A stretch of DNA of 12,608 nt from assembly GCA_048940445.1 (NCBI GenBank), contig JBHLON010000065.1:1-12608 (forward strand). Reading direction: 5' to 3'. Below, one piece after another: positions 8,178 to 12,608 of this stretch. The notes below the pieces were generated by a model. It was given only the letters and a program-made list of their open reading frames with translations, was not told the origin of the DNA and ran no database searches. Both the position numbers and the translations under genes were made by a program. The stretch is from Promethearchaeota archaeon. Lineage in GTDB: Archaea > Asgardarchaeota > Lokiarchaeia > Sigyniarchaeales > SOKP01. How positions within the stretch are numbered: the stretch's first letter is position 1; each line of letters starts with the position of its first letter.

Positions 8178-8570
8178 TCATTGTTTAAACCAACTAATTA
8201 AACCGACAATTAAATTGAATGCCATAAGAGAAATATTAAATATCATATATATTAGAGGGGTTGCAGCTAAATTCAAAAGTGCTACTATACAGATATTCAT
8301 TATTAGTATCCCAATTATCCACATTATCATAATTTCGAAATAAAGTTTAATTTCTTCCCATTGCTTTTTAAAGTAGGCTAAAAATGAGGCGATGCTAAGA
8401 ACTAAAAGGCTTACTCCCAAACTCCAGAAAGTTACCGGATCATTATAAGGCCACTGCATTAATTGCCAGGCAAAAAAATTGGTTAGTACCAAGTAAGAAA
8501 ATGCAAAAAATAAACCTGCTATACCGTAATAAATCAACACAATTTTAGTTATTTTTTTCATTTCTGTCAT
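8178..8570 (-). CDS. Small 4-TM membrane protein (paralog 2)
   Basis: 130 aa with four hydrophobic segments. Homolog of 7474-7869. Confidence 0.85.
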   Translation of the reverse strand: MTEMKKITKIVLIYYGIAGLFFAFSYLVLTNFFAWQLMQWPYNDPVTFWSLGVSLLVLSIASFLAYFKKQWEEIKLYFEIMIMWIIGILIMNICIVALLNLAATPLIYMIFNISLMAFNLIVGLISWFKQ

Positions 8571-8625
8571 TTTGTTTCAATTATTTTTGTAAATTTTGGT
8601 TTAATCATCTTTCTGATGATTTCTT

Positions 8626-8720
8626 AAATCTTGAGTAATAAATCCCTTTATAATTGAGCATCCGATAGTTCCATGATAGTTCCGGCATTAAATGGAAATT
8701 TTAGAAAATAGATATATTTA
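8626..8720. promoter_or_regulatory. Promoter/operator element, copy C
   Basis: AAATCTTGAGTAAT(8626)-N7-TTTATA(8647)-attgagc-ATCC-gatag-TTCC-atgatag-TTCC(8680)-ggcattaaat-GGAA(8694)-attttag-AAAATAGATATATTTA(8705). Confidence 0.8.
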
Positions 8721-8842
8721 TGTGGGATTTTTGATAAATAGTAAAGAAATTCCGAATACGAGTTTTTTAAAAATTAGATGATATGATTACATTAATTTTA
8801 TATTACCTTTAATTCCACTTTTTTGGAGGAATTAATATAAAA

Positions 8843-9094
8843 TCAGGTAATAAAATTATGATATGATGATCCTTGAGTGTTTAACTTGTTGTTGTAATAG
8901 AAAACTCCTAAAATAGAAATTAGAGCAATGATTAAAATTAATATTTCTAAGTCATATCCTTCGATGGCAGGCTCTTCGCTATATTGGTTGAAAGAAATCA
9001 ATATACAGACCAAAAGAACGAAAAAAGCTACTACTATTACGAGTACAGTACAAATTAAGCTGAAGATAAACTGATAATTAATCCGTTTTTTCAT
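8843..9094 (-). CDS. Small 2-TM hairpin membrane protein
   Basis: 83 aa. Basic N-terminus (MKKR), two long hydrophobic segments separated by an acidic loop (QYSEEPAIEGYDLE). Confidence 0.65.
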   Translation of the reverse strand: MKKRINYQFIFSLICTVLVIVVAFFVLLVCILISFNQYSEEPAIEGYDLEILILIIALISILGVFYYNNKLNTQGSSYHNFIT

Positions 9095-9263
9095 TCTCTA
9101 CGATCTTAAGAGCTAATGATATTATAAATAAATAGATAAGGTACGATTTTTTACAGTACTTTTTTTAGGTATATATCTTCTAAAGAGAATAGTAGAGTTT
9201 GGAAATAAATTAAAATGAATAAAGAATGATTTTACTAATAAAAAAATTAATGTTGATAATTAT

Positions 9264-10040
9264 TTACCGTTTACCTTGTAAAATGTTTCTAATAATATTC
9301 TTTATTAAATCATTTTTATCTGAATTTATAGAAACCTTATTATCAGTTCTAGGTGAGAGGATGCCTAGTTCGATTAGATTTTTTATTCTATAATATGTCT
9401 TTGTTCTTTTAACATTCAATTCTTTGTAAAACTCAGTTTTATAAACAGATTCATTTTCAAGTAAAAAATTAACCATTAATCTATTCAGAGTGTCTCTCAA
9501 AATAAAATAAAAGATACCTTCTTCATCACTAATTTCAACAGGAAGAAAAATTAGATAATTCTTTATTTTCACTTTTTTGATTAAATTAAAACGAATTAAC
9601 TTATCTAAATGCCATCTTAAATGACCAATGCCTATTTTTTTCTTGTTATATTTCGATATTTTTTTTTTCAATAGGGAGAAATGAATTCCTTTGTAATTTT
9701 TAATTAAATGATAAATATAGGATCTAGTCTTATTATTTAACAGAGTAGTTTTTATAAATCGTGATCTATCAATTAAGAATCTTTTACTTATTAACATTTG
9801 AATAATTTCATCAAGGCCCACTCCAGAAATTTTTAATTCTTTCCTTGCCATATTATAAAGGAGCTCGGTGGTAATTAGTCTGTTTTCTTTCGTGAGTTCA
9901 ATTGCAACTTGTATCACTTTTTTAACGCTTGGATGATCTATTCCTAAGGAAGGAAGATGTTTTACTTTGGTTGAAAATTCTTCTTGATGAATTAATATTT
10001 TATTGAATTTGGAATCAACATCGAAAACTATTTGTTCCAT
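9264..10040 (-). CDS. Multi-HTH transcriptional regulator (COG3398-like tandem winged helix)
   Basis: LLNNKTRSYIYHLIKNYKGIHFSLL...IGHLRWHLDKLIRFNLI and a second HTH (RLMVNFLLENESVYKTEFYKELNVKRTKTYYRIKNLIELGIL), plus a probable N-terminal wHTH. Very basic protein. Confidence 0.8.
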   Translation of the reverse strand: MEQIVFDVDSKFNKILIHQEEFSTKVKHLPSLGIDHPSVKKVIQVAIELTKENRLITTELLYNMARKELKISGVGLDEIIQMLISKRFLIDRSRFIKTTLLNNKTRSYIYHLIKNYKGIHFSLLKKKISKYNKKKIGIGHLRWHLDKLIRFNLIKKVKIKNYLIFLPVEISDEEGIFYFILRDTLNRLMVNFLLENESVYKTEFYKELNVKRTKTYYRIKNLIELGILSPRTDNKVSINSDKNDLIKNIIRNILQGKR

Positions 10041-10106
10041 TTTTTTGTCTCTTTTTTTTTATTTTCATGCGATAAATTTATATTTAAATTTGTAGGGAAA
10101 ATTCCT

Positions 10107-10182
10107 TTTATAATTTCAGTTCCAAAACTTCCATGATAGTTCCGATATTTATTGGAGGTTCTATAAAATAGATATAAATAGA
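10107..10182. promoter_or_regulatory. Divergent promoter/operator element, copy D
   Basis: TTTATA(10107)-atttcag-TTCC-aaaac-TTCC-atgatag-TTCC(10140)-gatatttatt-GGAG(10154)-gttctat-AAAATAGATATAAATAGA(10165-10182). The last 18 nt are identical to 931-948. Confidence 0.8.
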
Positions 10183-10233
10183 AAACAAACTGATCTATAA
10201 TTTAGAAAATAATAAAATTAGTTTTCTCTAAAT

Positions 10234-12135
10234 ATGGGAAGTATAATTTATCCTCCAGAAAAATTTTATAGCCCATCTAAAATACAAAAGCCCAACTATG
10301 ATCACATTATACTTTGGCTGTTGTGTAATAACGATATATGTAAATGGGCGGATTTTCGTCAAGCACCAATTGAAATACCAACTGGCACTTTATCTAGACA
10401 TTTAGAGAAGTTAAAAGGTAAGGGTTTTGTAGAAAATTTTTCCAGAGGACATTATAAAGTGACTTCAAAGGGAAGAAAGCAATTTAATGAGATATCAAGT
10501 GCGAGGAAAAAGACACGTAAAATTAATTATCCTCCTGAAGTTATCTTAAAAGGTGGACGAAATTACACTCATTGGATTCTCTGGATGGTTTATAATAACA
10601 CCTATTGCAAAAGATCTGAATTCCTTGAGGAACCATTAAATATTAATCAATCTTCATTGTCAAAGAATCTGGGGTTGTTATTAGAACAAGGTTGTATAGA
10701 AAAAGTTGAGGGCAAATATGTTATTACCCGAGCAGGAAAATCTGAATATTCTAGAATGCTTCAAAATTATGATTTAGATAGACAAACAGTTTTAGAGGAG
10801 GAAAGCAAACGAATCGAAGAGATCACTAAAAAGACAGTTCAATTTTTCGAAGAGAATAACATTGAAGATGAAGAGATACAATATAGATTTTTAAATTACA
10901 TATTAACATTGGATTATGAAAAAGTAAAACCAATATTAAAAGAAGAAGAGACTTTTCGGAAAATTGTGCTTTTTCTCTCAATAAATCATCCAAATCAGTA
11001 TCCAAACTTTACTTCTTCTACAGATTTTTCTGAAACCTATAAAATTAAGAAAACTACATTGGATTATTATATTGATGAGATTTCAGGAGGTAAGATATAT
11101 CCTCTAAGATTTTTTAAACTAAGGCAGCCATCGGGAGGAGAATATTATTTTCAAACAGAAGGAGTACTTGAAAAAATGCTTCGAGTGATTACTGAGAATA
11201 AAATCACAAAAATTTCCTATTTGAATAAACTTTTTTCCAAACCAACGCAAGATTTAGATATAAACTCCATTATTAATGATATTGCTAACCAAAGTTGCGA
11301 ATTCCTATTTAATGAAGATTTGAAGTCATCAGTAAGAGAGTTTTTATCCGATTATATTAAATATTTAGCATATAACATTGAGAAGAAAAAAGAATTAATA
11401 GAAACTTATGATAAATTAGAAGGAATTATTTGGCAGAATATAACAAACATTTTTCAAACGCAACTTTATGAAAATTTAGGAAATCTGTATGATGAACAGA
11501 TTCAAGAGATTGATAAACAAATTGAATCTAACCCAGAAAATCTTGATTTATATTATTTGAAAGTAAGAACATTGACTTATTTTAATTATTACAATGATGC
11601 TGTGAAGTTATTGGATGAAATGTTAGAACTTTTTCCTGAGAGTGAAAAAGATATTAAAATATTAAAAGCTGCTATTCTTAGAAGAAAACAAGATGTTAAA
11701 GCAGGATTAGAAATTATAGAATCCTTAATTGAAAAATATCCCGAAGACAATGACCTTCTTAGTTATAAAGCCTATTGGCTTCAGTTTTTAGATAAGAAGG
11801 AGGAAGCCATAAAAATAATTCAAAAAGTCATAAAAAATGAACCTGAAAGCGGAATTTATCATGATATATATGGTGAAATTTTAATGTATTTTGAAGATTA
11901 TAAAGAAGCAGCTAAAAAATTTGTAAAATCAATGGTTTTGGGGGCTCATGAGTGGTATATTTTCCAGACGTATATTAAACTAGGAATTTGTTATAAAACA
12001 ACCGGAGAGCATGATTTAGCAGTAGAGAATCTCAAAAGAGGGATAGCTCTAACAAAGAAAAATGTAAAAGATCCTGAAACAAAAGAAAAATGGCTTTCAA
12101 TTGCTAATCTTTTTCTTTCAGAACTAAAGCAATAA
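10234..12135 (+). CDS. Tandem winged-helix + C-terminal TPR protein, putative transcriptional regulator (paralog 2)
   Basis: 633 aa, full-length homolog of 999-2927 (NYDHIILW, WMVYNN, LQNYDLDRQT, ETYDKLEGIIWQN, YKAYWL, QTYIK.GICY). Confidence 0.9.
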   Translation: MGSIIYPPEKFYSPSKIQKPNYDHIILWLLCNNDICKWADFRQAPIEIPTGTLSRHLEKLKGKGFVENFSRGHYKVTSKGRKQFNEISSARKKTRKINYPPEVILKGGRNYTHWILWMVYNNTYCKRSEFLEEPLNINQSSLSKNLGLLLEQGCIEKVEGKYVITRAGKSEYSRMLQNYDLDRQTVLEEESKRIEEITKKTVQFFEENNIEDEEIQYRFLNYILTLDYEKVKPILKEEETFRKIVLFLSINHPNQYPNFTSSTDFSETYKIKKTTLDYYIDEISGGKIYPLRFFKLRQPSGGEYYFQTEGVLEKMLRVITENKITKISYLNKLFSKPTQDLDINSIINDIANQSCEFLFNEDLKSSVREFLSDYIKYLAYNIEKKKELIETYDKLEGIIWQNITNIFQTQLYENLGNLYDEQIQEIDKQIESNPENLDLYYLKVRTLTYFNYYNDAVKLLDEMLELFPESEKDIKILKAAILRRKQDVKAGLEIIESLIEKYPEDNDLLSYKAYWLQFLDKKEEAIKIIQKVIKNEPESGIYHDIYGEILMYFEDYKEAAKKFVKSMVLGAHEWYIFQTYIKLGICYKTTGEHDLAVENLKRGIALTKKNVKDPETKEKWLSIANLFLSELKQ

Positions 12136-12138
12136 AAT

Positions 12139-12608
12139 CTAAACATTAAGCGGAACTGTTTTGTTAATAAAAGTCTCATCTATGAGAGATTCTAAAAGAG
12201 GAACGTCTGTTATTTGGATTTTCCTATTAGCCCGGTAGAATTTTTCAAACAAATCCCATATTTCTTTATGATTCTTAAGTTCGTTTACAAACGATTTTAT
12301 TCGCTTCTGAGCAGAATATGATTGCCCCTCATATACATAACACATAATAAATGTGAAATTGTGTCCATAAGGAGTGTATGTTTACCAAAAGAAGCACGAT
12401 CAAGCCCTTCAGAAAACTTTTCATTAATAAAGGAATTAATTGCAGTAAAAAATCCTCCAAATAAGTGGTCTTCAAAAGTTTTATCTTCAATAAAGGAGTG
12501 AGAGAAAAAAGGGATCCCTCCCTCAGACACGATTAAAAGAAGTACAGGTTGCTCATCTGTAAGTTTTGGATCTTCTATTATTCGTCTCTTTATCATATAA
12601 TCCATCTG
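12139..12608 (-). pseudogene. 3' part of a third TPR-longin paralog with a 1-nt frameshift near 12353 (pseudogene or sequencing error); 5' end lies outside the window
   Basis: ORFs 12297-12605 and 12139-12345 match consecutive parts of the C-terminal domain of 3594-5285. Restoring one base (TCA CA TTT to TCA CCA TTT) gives MDTISPFIMCYVYEGQSY, which aligns without gaps to MKSFPPFFICYIFKGNSY and MKSIFPFLLFYLYRGQSY. Confidence 0.8.

Noticed and set aside
873-10182. Interpreting the recurring element as a CRISPR repeat or MITE
   Set aside because: Copies are dispersed, degenerate and always promoter-oriented. There are no regular spacers, terminal inverted repeats with target-site duplications, cas genes or transposase.
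11991-12179. 62-aa minus ORF
   Set aside because: Overlaps two real genes; shadow ORF.

Overview
Very AT-rich, fully archaeal-looking region, most consistent with Asgard archaea (Lokiarchaeia-like). The basis is a Rab-like small GTPase with no prenylation motif, TPR proteins with a longin-like C-terminal domain, multi-winged-helix regulators and TATA-box promoters. The window is built from local duplications: two paralogous multi-wHTH + TPR regulators (999-2927, 10234-12135), three paralogous TPR + longin-like proteins (3594-5285, 5543-7246 and a frameshifted partial copy at 12139-12608), and two paralogous ~130-aa 4-TM proteins. It also holds a Rab-like GTPase, a COG3398-like HTH regulator, an exported beta-rich protein and a small 2-TM protein. 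The main unannotated signal is a ~50-75 bp intergenic element that recurs without gaps at four sites, with a fifth partial copy: TTTATA-N7-TTCC-N5-TTCC-N7-TTCC-N10-GGAA-N7-AAAATAGATATA. It forms the divergent promoter of both wHTH-TPR regulators and also sits upstream of the membrane-protein genes. This suggests a local regulon linking a TPR-sensing transcription factor to membrane/exported proteins, next to a Rab-like GTPase/longin module. All functional links are inference; no searches were run.
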